A stretch of 64,000 bases of DNA, taken from the NCBI GenBank assembly GCA_049696855.1, contig JBAVUQ010000023.1, positions 15,728 through 79,727 on the forward strand. The letters run 5' to 3'. A program made the position numbers and the translations under genes. Below, in pieces: positions 1-9,177 of this stretch (positions within the stretch are counted from its first letter, which is position 1; every line of letters begins with the position of its first letter). Origin of the DNA: Candidatus Aminicenantales bacterium. GTDB taxonomy: Bacteria; Acidobacteriota; Aminicenantia; Aminicenantales; Saccharicenantaceae. The notes beneath the pieces were generated by a model. It did no database searches. It saw only the letters and a list, made by a program, of their open reading frames with translations, and was not told where the DNA came from.

Positions 1-1
1 C

Positions 2-991
2 GGAAGGTTCATCTTCGGGGCCGGTTCCGAGCCCCTGGTGGTCGCCCAGAGCGCCATGTTGGCCCGCTGGTTCAAGAACAAGGAGCTCGCGCTGTCGTTC
101 GGCGTCGCTCTGACCGTGAGCCGGCTTGGTTCCCTCTTTGCCCTCAACAACGGAGAGCTCATCACGAAGTATTTCGGCAGTTACCGCAATGCTCTGCTGG
201 CGGCGGTCGGAGCGTGCGCCCTGTCCCTCCTCGGGAACCTCTGCTATATCGTCATGGACAAGCGCGGCGAGAAGGCCCTCAACCTCCGGGACGAGAGCGC
301 CGGCGACAAGATCGTCTTCAAGGACATCAAGGAGTTCAAGCCGACGTTCTGGTACGTGACCTTTCTCTGCCTGACGTTTTACGCGGCCGTATTCCCGTTC
401 CAGAGCCTGTCGACGGATTTCTTCCACACGAAGTGGGGCATCGCCCTGAGCGCGCCGTCTTCGGGCGGCTTCCTGGCCCAGGTCTTCAACAACTTCCTCC
501 ACATTACCAGCACGGCCGGCGGCATCACCAGCATCATCATCTTCGCCTCGATGGTCCTGGCCCCCTTCGCCGGCCGGCTCGTCGACCGGGTGGGGAAGAG
601 GACGACGTTCATGGTCGCCGGCGCCCTGCTCCTCATCCCCTGCCATCTGGCCATGGGCTTGACCAGGATCTACCCCGTCTACCCGATGATCCTGCTCGGC
701 TTCTCCTTCGTCCTCGTCCCGGCGGCGCTGTGGCCGTCAGTGCCGCTCATCGTCCGGTCGGAGCGCGTCGGGACCGCGTTCGGGCTGATGACGGCCATCC
801 AGAATATCGGCCTGGGTCTCTTCCCGCTGCTGAACGGGCTGCTCCGCGACAGGACGGGCGACTATGTCGCGAGCGAGATCATGTTCGCCAGCCTGGGCAT
901 CTTCGGCTTCATCTTCGCCATGCTCCTCAAGAGGGCCGACCGCCTCGAAGGGCACGTGCTGGATGCGGGGCCGAAGGTGGTCGTGCATTAA
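2..991 (+). CDS. MFS transporter, C-terminal part (5' end outside window)
   Basis: Frame is open from the window start (GRFIFGAGSEPLVVAQSAM...). Multiple hydrophobic TM-like segments. MFS-like GR/K loop motifs (FAGRLVDRVGKR). Confidence 0.6.
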   Translation, partial: GRFIFGAGSEPLVVAQSAMLARWFKNKELALSFGVALTVSRLGSLFALNNGELITKYFGSYRNALLAAVGACALSLLGNLCYIVMDKRGEKALNLRDESAGDKIVFKDIKEFKPTFWYVTFLCLTFYAAVFPFQSLSTDFFHTKWGIALSAPSSGGFLAQVFNNFLHITSTAGGITSIIIFASMVLAPFAGRLVDRVGKRTTFMVAGALLLIPCHLAMGLTRIYPVYPMILLGFSFVLVPAALWPSVPLIVRSERVGTAFGLMTAIQNIGLGLFPLLNGLLRDRTGDYVASEIMFASLGIFGFIFAMLLKRADRLEGHVLDAGPKVVVH

Positions 992-1048
992 AAGAAAGGA
1001 GACCGCGGGCCTGATCCGCGGGCCGACCGGAATTCGAGTCGACGCCGT

Positions 1049-1210
1049 CTACGCAGGCTTCCTGGCGAGCTCGGCTTTGCTTTTGCGCCTCATGTCGGCG
1101 GCATGGGCGCGCTTGTAGGTCTGGATGTCCACGAAGCGTCCCTTGCTGTCGCGCACCGCATAAAGCTTGGTCCCCTTGGAGCTGCGATGGGTCGTCCGTC
1201 TCATAGGCAT
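1049..1210 (-). CDS. small basic hypothetical protein (~53 aa; ORF caller extends it to 1345)
   Basis: ORF 1049..1345 on the minus strand. An internal ATG at 1210 is preceded by a strong SD (GGGAGGG, spacer 4 nt). Lys/Arg-rich product MPMRRTTHRSSKGTKLYAVRDSKGRFVDIQTYKRAHAADMRRKSK. Confidence 0.4.
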   Translation of the reverse strand: MPMRRTTHRSSKGTKLYAVRDSKGRFVDIQTYKRAHAADMRRKSKAELARKPA

Positions 1211-1429
1211 GCGTCCCTCCCTGATATGAACGAATGGATGGAAAGATCCCTCTCGAAGGAATGTCCTCCCCTTGGACAGCCGGTAGCCGGCTTGCTCGAA
1301 CGCATCTGACAGGACCACGATAGACCTCCGTCCTCGGGATGTCAACGGGCCGCGTCATGTTTGCCCCCGACCCGGGTTTCTGCTATAAAGGCCCATTATC
1401 CTGAGCAACCATAGGAGGCATGAGGACTC

Positions 1430-2038
1430 GTGATCCGCACCGTCATTTCCGACCTTGGCCGCGTCGTCCTCTGGTTCGACAACGACATCTTCCTGCGCAA
1501 GCTGGCCGAAAGGTCCCCGAGATCCTTCGCGGAGGTCAAAGCGGCCGTCCACGGCGACCTCGAGCTCCTCCGCCGCTTCGATGGAGGGGCCGTCACGCCG
1601 GCCGGCTTCCACGCCCGGGTCATGGAGATCGTCGGCGCGGACATGGCCTACGGCGATTTCTACGCGATCTACAACGACATCTTCACCCCGAACCCCGCCG
1701 CCATCGGCGTGCTGGAACGGGCCAAGGCGGCGGGCTGCAAGCTCCTTTTGCTCTCGAACACGGACCCCGAGCGTTTCGGCTTCGTCCGCCGCCGCTTTCC
1801 CGCGATCGCCCTTTTCGACGGCTTCGTCCTGTCCTACGAGCTCAGGCTGCTGAAGCCCGACCCGGCGATCTATCTGGCCGCGGCATGCGCGGCGGCGAGC
1901 CAGCCCCGGGAGTGCGTCTTCATCGACGACATGGAAGAAAACGTCAGGGGCGCCGTCGAGGCCGGCTTGGCGGGCATTCACTACCGGCCGGAGACCGACC
2001 TGGCCGCGGAGCTCAGGAAGATAGGGTTGGAGTTCTAG
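1430..2038 (+). CDS. HAD-superfamily hydrolase (subfamily IA-like)
   Basis: GTG start. Motif I-like VISDLGRVV, motif LLLLSNTD, and FIDDMEENVRGA (motif IV Asp pair). Confidence 0.7.
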   Translation: MIRTVISDLGRVVLWFDNDIFLRKLAERSPRSFAEVKAAVHGDLELLRRFDGGAVTPAGFHARVMEIVGADMAYGDFYAIYNDIFTPNPAAIGVLERAKAAGCKLLLLSNTDPERFGFVRRRFPAIALFDGFVLSYELRLLKPDPAIYLAAACAAASQPRECVFIDDMEENVRGAVEAGLAGIHYRPETDLAAELRKIGLEF

Positions 2039-2427
2039 CCGAGGACCTGGACCCAGGCCTGGCGCGCGCGCGGGCCGTCGAACTCACAGAAGTAGATCGC
2101 CTGCCACGTCCCGAGCCTGAGCCTGCCGCCTTCGACGATCAGAGTCACGGACGAGCCGACGAGCGACGCCTTGACGTGGGCCGCCGCGTTGCCTTCGCCG
2201 TGCGCGTAGGGGAGCGCGTCAGGCACCATCCGCAGCAACGTCATGGCAATATCGGCCCGCACATCGGGATCGGCGTTCTCGTTGACCGTGACGCCGGCCG
2301 TGGTGTGCGGCACCGTGACGACGCAAATCCCGCTCGTGATCCCCGAAGCGGCCACGAGCCGCTCGACGTCCGGCGTCATGTCGACGAATTCCTGCCGCGC
2401 CTTGGTTCGGATCTCAATCGTATTCAT
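2035..2427 (-). CDS. YjbQ/UPF0047 family protein (secondary thiamine-phosphate synthase-like)
   Basis: 130 aa. Conserved YjbQ-type blocks (GICVVTVPHTTAGVTVNENADPDV ... HVKASLVGSSVTL). Confidence 0.7.
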   Translation of the reverse strand: MNTIEIRTKARQEFVDMTPDVERLVAASGITSGICVVTVPHTTAGVTVNENADPDVRADIAMTLLRMVPDALPYAHGEGNAAAHVKASLVGSSVTLIVEGGRLRLGTWQAIYFCEFDGPRARQAWVQVLG

Positions 2428-2471
2428 TGCCGCCTCAGCAACTTAAAAAAATCCGGGAAAAGCCCTTGACA

Positions 2472-2500
2472 AGGCATTTCGCGGGGTGTACATTCTCCTC
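2472..2500 (+). promoter_or_regulatory. sigma-70-type promoter for the nrdD operon (TTGACA-17-TACATT)
   Basis: TTGACA at 2472-2477, 17-bp spacer, TACATT at 2495-2500. AT-richer intergenic region. ~170-nt leader before nrdD. Confidence 0.5.
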
Positions 2501-2677
2501 GGAAAATACAACATTTAGTATTTTCCATGCAAGAGCTCCACAAGATATGGGATAATAGCCGTAAGGCATTTGGGCATTGCCATGGTTTCGGGAAGGGTTC
2601 ATTTTATCACGTGGCCGGCGGAAAGCCCAGGTTTTTGAGCGGGTCGTAGGAGTCGGAAGAGAGGGAGGAGGCGCCCG

Positions 2678-4750
2678 ATGGTCAGCACGGTCGGCAGGAT
2701 CAAGAAGCGGGACGGGACGATCGCGGATTTCAACCAGGACAAGATCACCAACGCCATCTTCAAAGCGATGCAGTCGGAGGGCGTCAAGGACAAGTCCATC
2801 GCCAAGACCGCGTCCGACATCGTCTGCTTCATGATCGAAGAGAAGTTCGGCGGCTACACCATCCCGTCCGTCGAGCAGATCCAGGACGTCGTCGAGATGG
2901 TCCTCATGAAGCAGGGCTACCACGACGTGGCCAAGTCCTACATTCTCTACCGCGAGAAGCACAAGGGCATCCGTGAGGCCAAGAGGATCGGGATCAACCT
3001 CGAACGGCTGGTCAAGGATTACCTCAGCAACGCCGACTGGAAGATCCGCGAGAACTCGAACGAGGGCGTCCAGAGCTTCGCCGGCCTCAACGCCCGCGTC
3101 TCCGGCGAGGTCCTGTCGAACTTCGCCCTCAACCAGATCTACACCGAGCGGGCCAAGAAGGCCCACGAGGAGGGCGAGTTCCACATCCACGACCTGAGCT
3201 ACCCGATCGTCGGCTACTGCGCCGGGTGGTCTCTCGAGAACCTGATCCGCAAGGGCTTCGGCCACGTCCCCAACCAGGTCCACTCCAATCCGGCCAAGCA
3301 CCTCGATACGCTGACCCTCCACATGGTCAACTACATCGGCACCATGCAGGCCGAGTTCGCCGGCGCCCAGGCCTTCTCCAGCGTCGACACCCTCCTGGCC
3401 CCGTTCGTCCGCCACGACCACCTCAGCTACGAAGCCGTCAAGCAGGACATGCAGAAGCTCATCTTCGGGCTCAACGTGCCCTGCCGCTGGGGCTGGCAGA
3501 CGCCCTTCTCCAACCTGACCTTCGACTGGACCATCCCCGAGGACATGAGGAACAAGCACGTTGTCGTCGGCGGCGAGGAGCTCGACTCGTGCTACGGCGA
3601 CTATCAGCAGGAAGTCGACTGGATCAACCGGGCCTTCCTCGAGATCATGATCGAAGGCGATCTCAAGGGCCGGGTCTTCACCTTCCCCATCCCGACCTAC
3701 AACCTCAGCCGCGACTTCGATTGGGATTCGCCCAAGGCCAAGCTGCTCTTCGACGCCACGGCCAAGTACGGCATCCCGTACTTCCAGAACTATATCGGTA
3801 CGAACATGAACCCGGGCGACATCCGGGCCATGTGCTGCCGGCTCAACCTCGACCAGCGCGAGCTCATGCGCCGGCCGGGGAGCATGTGGGGGCCCGGCGA
3901 CTCCACCGGCTCCATCGGCGTCGTCACCATCAACCTCAACCGGGCCGCCTTCGAGGCCTCCTCGAAGGAGGATTTCTTCGCCAAGCTCAAGGAGCTCATG
4001 ACCGTCGCCAAGGGCACGCTCGAGGCCAAGCGCGAGATCGTCAACAATATGCTGGCCAAGGGCATGATGCCCTACACCCAGGTCTACCTCGGCCACTTCG
4101 ACAATCACTTCTCGACGATCGGCGTCTGCGGCATGCACGAGGCCTGCATGAACTTCCTCCAGAAGGGCATCGGCACGCCCGAAGGCCGCGAGTTCTCCGT
4201 CGAGACCCTCGAGTACATGCGCGGCGTCCTGCGGGAGTTCCAGGAGGAGACGGGCAACCTTTACAACCTCGAGGCCACGCCGGCCGAGTCCACGGCCTAC
4301 CGGCTGGCCCGGCTGGACCGCCAGAAATACCCCCGGATCTACACCTCGGGTACCGAAAAATACCCCTACCTCACCAACTCGACCCAGCTCAACGTCGACG
4401 CCACCCGGGATATCTTCGAGGCTATCCAGCACCAGGGCGAGATCCAGCCCCTCTACACGGGCGGGACGATCTTCCACGCCTTCCTGCCCGAAGCCATCGA
4501 CGGCGAGACCTGCAAGAAGCTCGTCCGGCGGATCGCCCAGACGAAGCTGCCGTACTTTTCCATCACCCCGACGTTCAGCGTCTGCATGAACCACGGCTAC
4601 ATCCGCGGCCGGCACCACCAGTGCCCGGACTGCGGCGACGAGACCGAGGTCTATAGCCGCATCGTCGGCTACATGCGGCCCATCCGGACCTGGAACGACG
4701 GCAAGCAGCAGGAGTTCAAGGACCGGACGACCTACGACAAGATCAGCTGA
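2678..4750 (+). CDS. nrdD: anaerobic ribonucleoside-triphosphate reductase (class III RNR)
   Basis: N-terminal ATP-cone (VGRIKKRDGTIADFNQDKITNAI). C-terminal Zn ribbon CPDCG plus glycyl-radical motif SRIVGYMRP. 690 aa. Strong RBS GGAGGAGG. Confidence 0.9.
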   Translation: MVSTVGRIKKRDGTIADFNQDKITNAIFKAMQSEGVKDKSIAKTASDIVCFMIEEKFGGYTIPSVEQIQDVVEMVLMKQGYHDVAKSYILYREKHKGIREAKRIGINLERLVKDYLSNADWKIRENSNEGVQSFAGLNARVSGEVLSNFALNQIYTERAKKAHEEGEFHIHDLSYPIVGYCAGWSLENLIRKGFGHVPNQVHSNPAKHLDTLTLHMVNYIGTMQAEFAGAQAFSSVDTLLAPFVRHDHLSYEAVKQDMQKLIFGLNVPCRWGWQTPFSNLTFDWTIPEDMRNKHVVVGGEELDSCYGDYQQEVDWINRAFLEIMIEGDLKGRVFTFPIPTYNLSRDFDWDSPKAKLLFDATAKYGIPYFQNYIGTNMNPGDIRAMCCRLNLDQRELMRRPGSMWGPGDSTGSIGVVTINLNRAAFEASSKEDFFAKLKELMTVAKGTLEAKREIVNNMLAKGMMPYTQVYLGHFDNHFSTIGVCGMHEACMNFLQKGIGTPEGREFSVETLEYMRGVLREFQEETGNLYNLEATPAESTAYRLARLDRQKYPRIYTSGTEKYPYLTNSTQLNVDATRDIFEAIQHQGEIQPLYTGGTIFHAFLPEAIDGETCKKLVRRIAQTKLPYFSITPTFSVCMNHGYIRGRHHQCPDCGDETEVYSRIVGYMRPIRTWNDGKQQEFKDRTTYDKIS

Positions 4751-4782
4751 GCCCGGGCCACTTTCGATGAGGCGGTGAAGGC

Positions 4783-5049
4783 ATGGATTATTTGCTTTTT
4801 TCCTATCCCAACTGCGGCAAGTGCGAGGCCTTGAAGAAGAAGCTGGTCGAGACCGGCACGCCCTACACGGAATACGGCCTGACCCAGCCTCCGGGCAGGG
4901 CCAAGATCCGCGAGTTCATCAACGTCATCAAGCGGGACGACAAGGGCGCCATCATCCTGCCGACCCTCGTCGCCCACACCCAGGGCATCGTCCGGGCCGT
5001 CCTCAACTCGGTCGAGGAGTTCGACGGGTGGTCGAAATCAAGGGGATAG
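4783..5049 (+). CDS. glutaredoxin/NrdH-like thioredoxin-fold protein
   Basis: 88 aa. CxxC motif (YPNCGKCE) near the N-terminus. Sits between nrdD and nrdG. Confidence 0.6.
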   Translation: MDYLLFSYPNCGKCEALKKKLVETGTPYTEYGLTQPPGRAKIREFINVIKRDDKGAIILPTLVAHTQGIVRAVLNSVEEFDGWSKSRG

Positions 5050-5726
5050 AGAAGTTCTCCAGCCGCGACTTCCCCGGCCACATCTCGTCGACCGTTTTCC
5101 TCGGCGGCTGCACCTTTCGCTGCCCGTATTGCCATAACGCCGACCTGGTCCTGCGGCCGGAGACGATCCCGAGCCTGGCCGCCGACTACTTCCTGTCCTA
5201 TCTCGACGGCCGCCAGGGCTGGCTCGAGGGCATCTGCTTCACCGGCGGCGAGCCCCTGCTCCACGAGGATATCGAGGACCTCATCCGCGTCGTCCGGGAG
5301 CGAAATCTCCTCGTCAAGCTCGATACGAACGGCTCGTTCCCGGACCGCCTCGAAGCGCTCCTGGCGCTCGGCCTGCTGGACCGGGTGGCCATGGACATCA
5401 AGGCGCCGCTCGAGCGCTATCGCGACGTGACCCGGTCGACGGTCGATGTGGAGAAGATCGTCCGCAGCGCCGACCTGCTCCGGACCTCGGGCGTCAAACA
5501 CACCTTCCGGACGACGGTCGTCCCGGGGCTCGTCGGCAAGGACGACGTGATCAAGATCGGCGAATGGCTCGCCGGCGCCGAACACTATCTCATCCAGCAG
5601 TTCGTTCCCCAGACGACGATCGACCCCGCCTTTCTCGAGGTCAAGCCGTACGGCCGGCCCGAGCTCGAGGAGATCGTGGCCGCGGCTAGGCCGTACTTCG
5701 CCGAAGTCGGCCTCGAAGCGCCGTGA
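5028..5726 (+). CDS. nrdG: anaerobic ribonucleotide reductase activating protein (radical SAM)
   Basis: CxxxCxxC radical-SAM motif GGCTFRCPYCHN. In-frame GTG at 5028 gives ~232 aa, overlapping the end of the upstream glutaredoxin-like gene. The ORF-track N-terminal extension to 4821 was rejected. Confidence 0.8.
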   Translation: MVEIKGIEKFSSRDFPGHISSTVFLGGCTFRCPYCHNADLVLRPETIPSLAADYFLSYLDGRQGWLEGICFTGGEPLLHEDIEDLIRVVRERNLLVKLDTNGSFPDRLEALLALGLLDRVAMDIKAPLERYRDVTRSTVDVEKIVRSADLLRTSGVKHTFRTTVVPGLVGKDDVIKIGEWLAGAEHYLIQQFVPQTTIDPAFLEVKPYGRPELEEIVAAARPYFAEVGLEAP

Positions 5727-5791
5727 CCGCTTGCGGCAAGTCACGGGTGCTGCCCCCAAGAAGGGGCTGGTACCGTGAGAAAGGTGACGCC

Positions 5792-6214
5792 ATGAAGCTC
5801 AAGGTCAAGCGCATCCACCCCGAGGCCAGGCTCCCGGTCTACGGCCACCCCGGCGACGCCGGCCTGGATCTCTTCTCCGTCGTCGACCGCGACCTCGCGC
5901 CGGGCGAGGTCTTTGCCGCGCCGACAGGCATCCAGATCGCCGTCCCGGCCGGCCATGTCGGCCTCGTCTGGGACAAGAGCGGCATCTCGCTCAAGGGTGT
6001 TCATCGCCTGGCCGGCGTCATCGACGCCGGCTACCGGGGCGAGGTCCAGGTCGTCCTGATCAATCTCGGCGCCGCGCCATTCGCTCTGCGGCAGGGCATG
6101 AAGATCGCCCAGCTGCTCGTCCAGCCCGTCGCCGCGGTCGACGTCATCGAGTGCGAAGCGCTCGACGATACGTCGCGCGGCCAGGGCGGCTTCGGCTCGA
6201 CCGGCCTCTTTTAG
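5792..6214 (+). CDS. dut: dUTP diphosphatase
   Basis: 140 aa from ATG 5792 (RBS GAGAAAGG). dUTPase motifs AGLDL, GVIDAGYRGEV, and C-terminal RGQGGFGSTG. Confidence 0.85.
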   Translation: MKLKVKRIHPEARLPVYGHPGDAGLDLFSVVDRDLAPGEVFAAPTGIQIAVPAGHVGLVWDKSGISLKGVHRLAGVIDAGYRGEVQVVLINLGAAPFALRQGMKIAQLLVQPVAAVDVIECEALDDTSRGQGGFGSTGLF

Positions 6215-6321
6215 GTCGTCCCGACCGCCCCGAGGCCGGGCTTTCAGCGCCGCTCGCGGAGGTTCCCTCGGGCCTGACGTCGTGCTAAGATGTCCCGGAC
6301 GATCCTTTGAGGACACCACAT

Positions 6322-7620
6322 ATGAGACGCAGCCTGTTCATTCTGACCGTCGGCGCCGCGATCCTGGCGGCCACCTGGGGCTCAGTCCCGGCATCCGCCC
6401 AGAACGCTCCGGCGCCGCGCCTGAAGCTCATCTTCGTCGAGCGCTTCCGCTTCGAGGCCTGGGACAACGCCGTCAATCTCGACGACGCGGGGAACGACGC
6501 CTTCGCCTACACGCGCAACCGGACGACCCTCGGCCTGGATTGGAGCGTCGCCAAGAACCTGGAGGTCCTGGGCAAAGTCACCAACGAGTTCCGGGTCTAC
6601 CTCGCGCCCAAGGACCGGGTTTTCAACTGGCACGAGGTCTTCGTCGACAACCTTTATGTCAAGTGGACGATCCCGGGACGCGTGCCCTTCACCGTCACGG
6701 CCGGGCGCCAGGACCTCAACTTCGGCGAAGGTTTCGTCATCGCCGACGGCACGCCGGGCGACGGCTCGCGGTCCTATTACTTCAACGCCCTGCGGCTCGA
6801 CGCCGATCTCGGCAAGGCCCACAGGCTGACCGCTTTTGCCCATGCTCAAAAGACGACCGACCGATTCCTTCCGGTGATCAATCCGTGCCAGCAAGGCCTG
6901 GCCGAACAGCCGGAGAAGGCCGTGGCCCTTTACTACGCCGGAGCCTTCGGTCAGGCCAAGGTGGACGCTTACGTCGTCCTCAAGACGACGGACGCGAACC
7001 CGGCCTGGCCCATCCCGACGAGGACCGATACGTTCGGGGCCCGGGCGGTGGCCCCGCTCACCAAGCCCCTCACCTTGACCGCCGAGGGCGCCCTCCAGGC
7101 AGGCCGATACGGTGACGCCGGCCGGTCGGCCTACGGTGCCATCCTTCATCTCGACTATAATCTCACCGGAACTTTGCCACTCCTCAAGGGATTCACCCTC
7201 GGCGGCATCCTCCTCAGCGGCGACGACCCCGCGACGGCCCGGATGGAAGGCTGGGACCCCATCTTCAGCCGCTGGCCGAAGTGGAGCGAGAGCTACATCT
7301 ACACTCTTACCCGGGAAAGCCGCCCGTCATACTGGAGCAACTTATCTTCGGTCTACGCCCAGCTGGCGTTTGATTTCGGCGCCCGCTCCGACGGACACAT
7401 CATGATCATGCCCATGGGGGCGGGCCATGCTCAGCCGGGGGTGTTCCCCGGCGGCGCCGGCCGCGGCCGCGGCACTCTTGTCCGAGGGCGCCTGAACTAC
7501 AAGATCAGCAAGTTCCTCACCGGCCGTTTCATCTGGGAGCACTTCGACCCCGGGAGCTTCTACTTCCCCGGGGCTTCGAGCTACAACTGGATCCAGTTCG
7601 AGATGATCTTCCGCTATTGA
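6322..7620 (+). CDS. secreted outer-membrane beta-barrel protein (alginate-export/porin-like)
   Basis: Signal peptide MRRSLFILTVGAAILAATWGSVPASA. Alternating-hydrophobic beta-strand pattern. C-terminal ...FEMIFRY aromatic terminus typical of OM barrels. Confidence 0.5.
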   Translation: MRRSLFILTVGAAILAATWGSVPASAQNAPAPRLKLIFVERFRFEAWDNAVNLDDAGNDAFAYTRNRTTLGLDWSVAKNLEVLGKVTNEFRVYLAPKDRVFNWHEVFVDNLYVKWTIPGRVPFTVTAGRQDLNFGEGFVIADGTPGDGSRSYYFNALRLDADLGKAHRLTAFAHAQKTTDRFLPVINPCQQGLAEQPEKAVALYYAGAFGQAKVDAYVVLKTTDANPAWPIPTRTDTFGARAVAPLTKPLTLTAEGALQAGRYGDAGRSAYGAILHLDYNLTGTLPLLKGFTLGGILLSGDDPATARMEGWDPIFSRWPKWSESYIYTLTRESRPSYWSNLSSVYAQLAFDFGARSDGHIMIMPMGAGHAQPGVFPGGAGRGRGTLVRGRLNYKISKFLTGRFIWEHFDPGSFYFPGASSYNWIQFEMIFRY

Positions 7621-7668
7621 AATCGGAGCTCGGCCGGTCCCGGAGACCGCCGGCGCGGACGAGCGGGA

Positions 7669-9087
7669 TCAGTGGACGAGGCTCAGCAGCGGAGTCGACC
7701 CGAAGGACACGAACATTCCGATCGTCCCGGCCTCGGCGGGCGCAAGGCCCGCGAGGGACAGACCCAGGCAGGTCCCGAGGCCGAGGATAGCCGAGGATAT
7801 CGCGCCGAATTTCGTCGCCCGCCGGCTGATGAGTCCCCAGACGAACGGCCCCAGGAAGAACGATCCGATGGCCCCCCACGAGACCGACAGGATGGCCACG
7901 ATGGTGGCCGGCCGGAGGTAGGCCAGGACGACGGAGAGGAGGACGAATACCGCCGACATGATGCGCATGAGCCGGGTCAGGGTCCTGTCTCCCACGGCCG
8001 GATTGACGAAGCCGGCATAGAGGTCCTTGACGACCGAGGAGCTGGAGATGAGGACCAGCGCGGCCAGGGTCGACATGGACGCCGAGAGGATGAGCAGCAT
8101 CATCAGCACGGCCAGGGACGGCGGGATGACCTTGGCCAGGAACTCGGGCATCAGCACGTCGAAGATCGGCTTGCCGCCGGCGAAGGCCGCCGGGGCGCTC
8201 TCGGGCGAGAGAAAGAGCCTGGTCGTGGCTCCCGTGAAATAGGCCGCCCCGGCGATCAGGAGGGCGAAGGCCGTCGAGGCGACCATGCCCCGGCGGATCG
8301 AGCGCCGGTCCTTGATGGCGTAGAATTTCTGGACGAGCTGGGGCATGGCGAACGGCGCGAAGCTCGTCAGGACGATGAGGGCGAAAAGGGGCCAGGCGCC
8401 GCCGGGACCGACCGCCGCGGTGAGCCTGGGATCGACGGCTGCGAGACCCGCGTTCAAGGCCCCGAGCCCGCCGCTCTTCTGGATCGTGCTGCCGACGAGG
8501 ACGGCGGAGCCGATGCACATGATCATCCCGAAGATGACGTCGATCATGGTCATGGACTTGTAGCCGCCGAGGACGAGGTAAAAAGCCGTGAACAGGCCCA
8601 TGACGACGAGCGCCACGGAGTAGTCCAGGCCGAAGTTGGCCTTGAAGAGATAGGACAGGCCGATGAACACGGCCGCCGAATAGGGGACGAGGAAGAGGAA
8701 CACGGCCAGCGACGCGATGAGCTTCAGGAACGGACTCGCGTAGCGCTTTTCCAGGAATTCAGGCATGGTGGAGACCTGGAGCTCGACGGACATGCGCCGG
8801 ATGCGGTTCCCGAGAAGGCCCCAGACGCCGAGGACCCCGATGAAGGCGTTGCCGAGAGCGATCCACAGTCCCGAGAGGCCGAAGCCCCAGCCGACCTTGC
8901 CGGCGAAGCCGATGAACAGGACGGCCGAAAAATAGGCCGCGGCATAGGTAAAGGCCGACATCCAGGGCCCGACCGTCCGTCCCCCCAGGAAATAGTCGTT
9001 GAAGGTCCGGGCCTTCTTCAGTCCCAGATAGCCGATGACCAGGGTCATGACGGCATAGGCGCCGATGACGACAGCCTTGATGAGCAT
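7669..9087 (-). CDS. sodium:solute symporter family transporter (SSF; PutP/PanF-like)
   Basis: 472 aa. 12-13 TM segments. SSF-type N-terminus (YFLGGRTVGPWMSAFTYAAAYFSA). Confidence 0.75.
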   Translation of the reverse strand: MLIKAVVIGAYAVMTLVIGYLGLKKARTFNDYFLGGRTVGPWMSAFTYAAAYFSAVLFIGFAGKVGWGFGLSGLWIALGNAFIGVLGVWGLLGNRIRRMSVELQVSTMPEFLEKRYASPFLKLIASLAVFLFLVPYSAAVFIGLSYLFKANFGLDYSVALVVMGLFTAFYLVLGGYKSMTMIDVIFGMIMCIGSAVLVGSTIQKSGGLGALNAGLAAVDPRLTAAVGPGGAWPLFALIVLTSFAPFAMPQLVQKFYAIKDRRSIRRGMVASTAFALLIAGAAYFTGATTRLFLSPESAPAAFAGGKPIFDVLMPEFLAKVIPPSLAVLMMLLILSASMSTLAALVLISSSSVVKDLYAGFVNPAVGDRTLTRLMRIMSAVFVLLSVVLAYLRPATIVAILSVSWGAIGSFFLGPFVWGLISRRATKFGAISSAILGLGTCLGLSLAGLAPAEAGTIGMFVSFGSTPLLSLVH

Positions 9088-9177
9088 CGCTCATTTATAT
9101 CCGCGCCGGCGCGGCTTGTCAACGCGGCCGGGCTTTGAGGCCGCCGGCCGATTTGTTATGATTGCGGCCGGGCAGAC

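Noticed and set aside
2511-2563. Possible NrdR boxes in the nrdD leader (atacaacatttagtat; cacaagatatggg)
   Set aside because: Only partial resemblance to the 16-bp NrdR palindrome (acaCwAtATaTwGtgt) and not dyad-symmetric. No nrdR gene in the window.
2435-4618. 727-aa minus-strand ORF antisense to nrdD
   Set aside because: Low-complexity Gly/Ala/Val/Asp/Arg-rich product typical of antisense frames in high-GC DNA. Fully overlapped by the confidently identified nrdD.
3226-4656. 476-aa alternative-frame ORF inside nrdD
   Set aside because: Pro/Arg-rich out-of-frame translation of nrdD with no domain signal.
4821-5027. N-terminal extension of the nrdG ORF back to 4821
   Set aside because: The extension translates the glutaredoxin-like gene in another frame. 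The radical-SAM domain begins just after GTG 5028.
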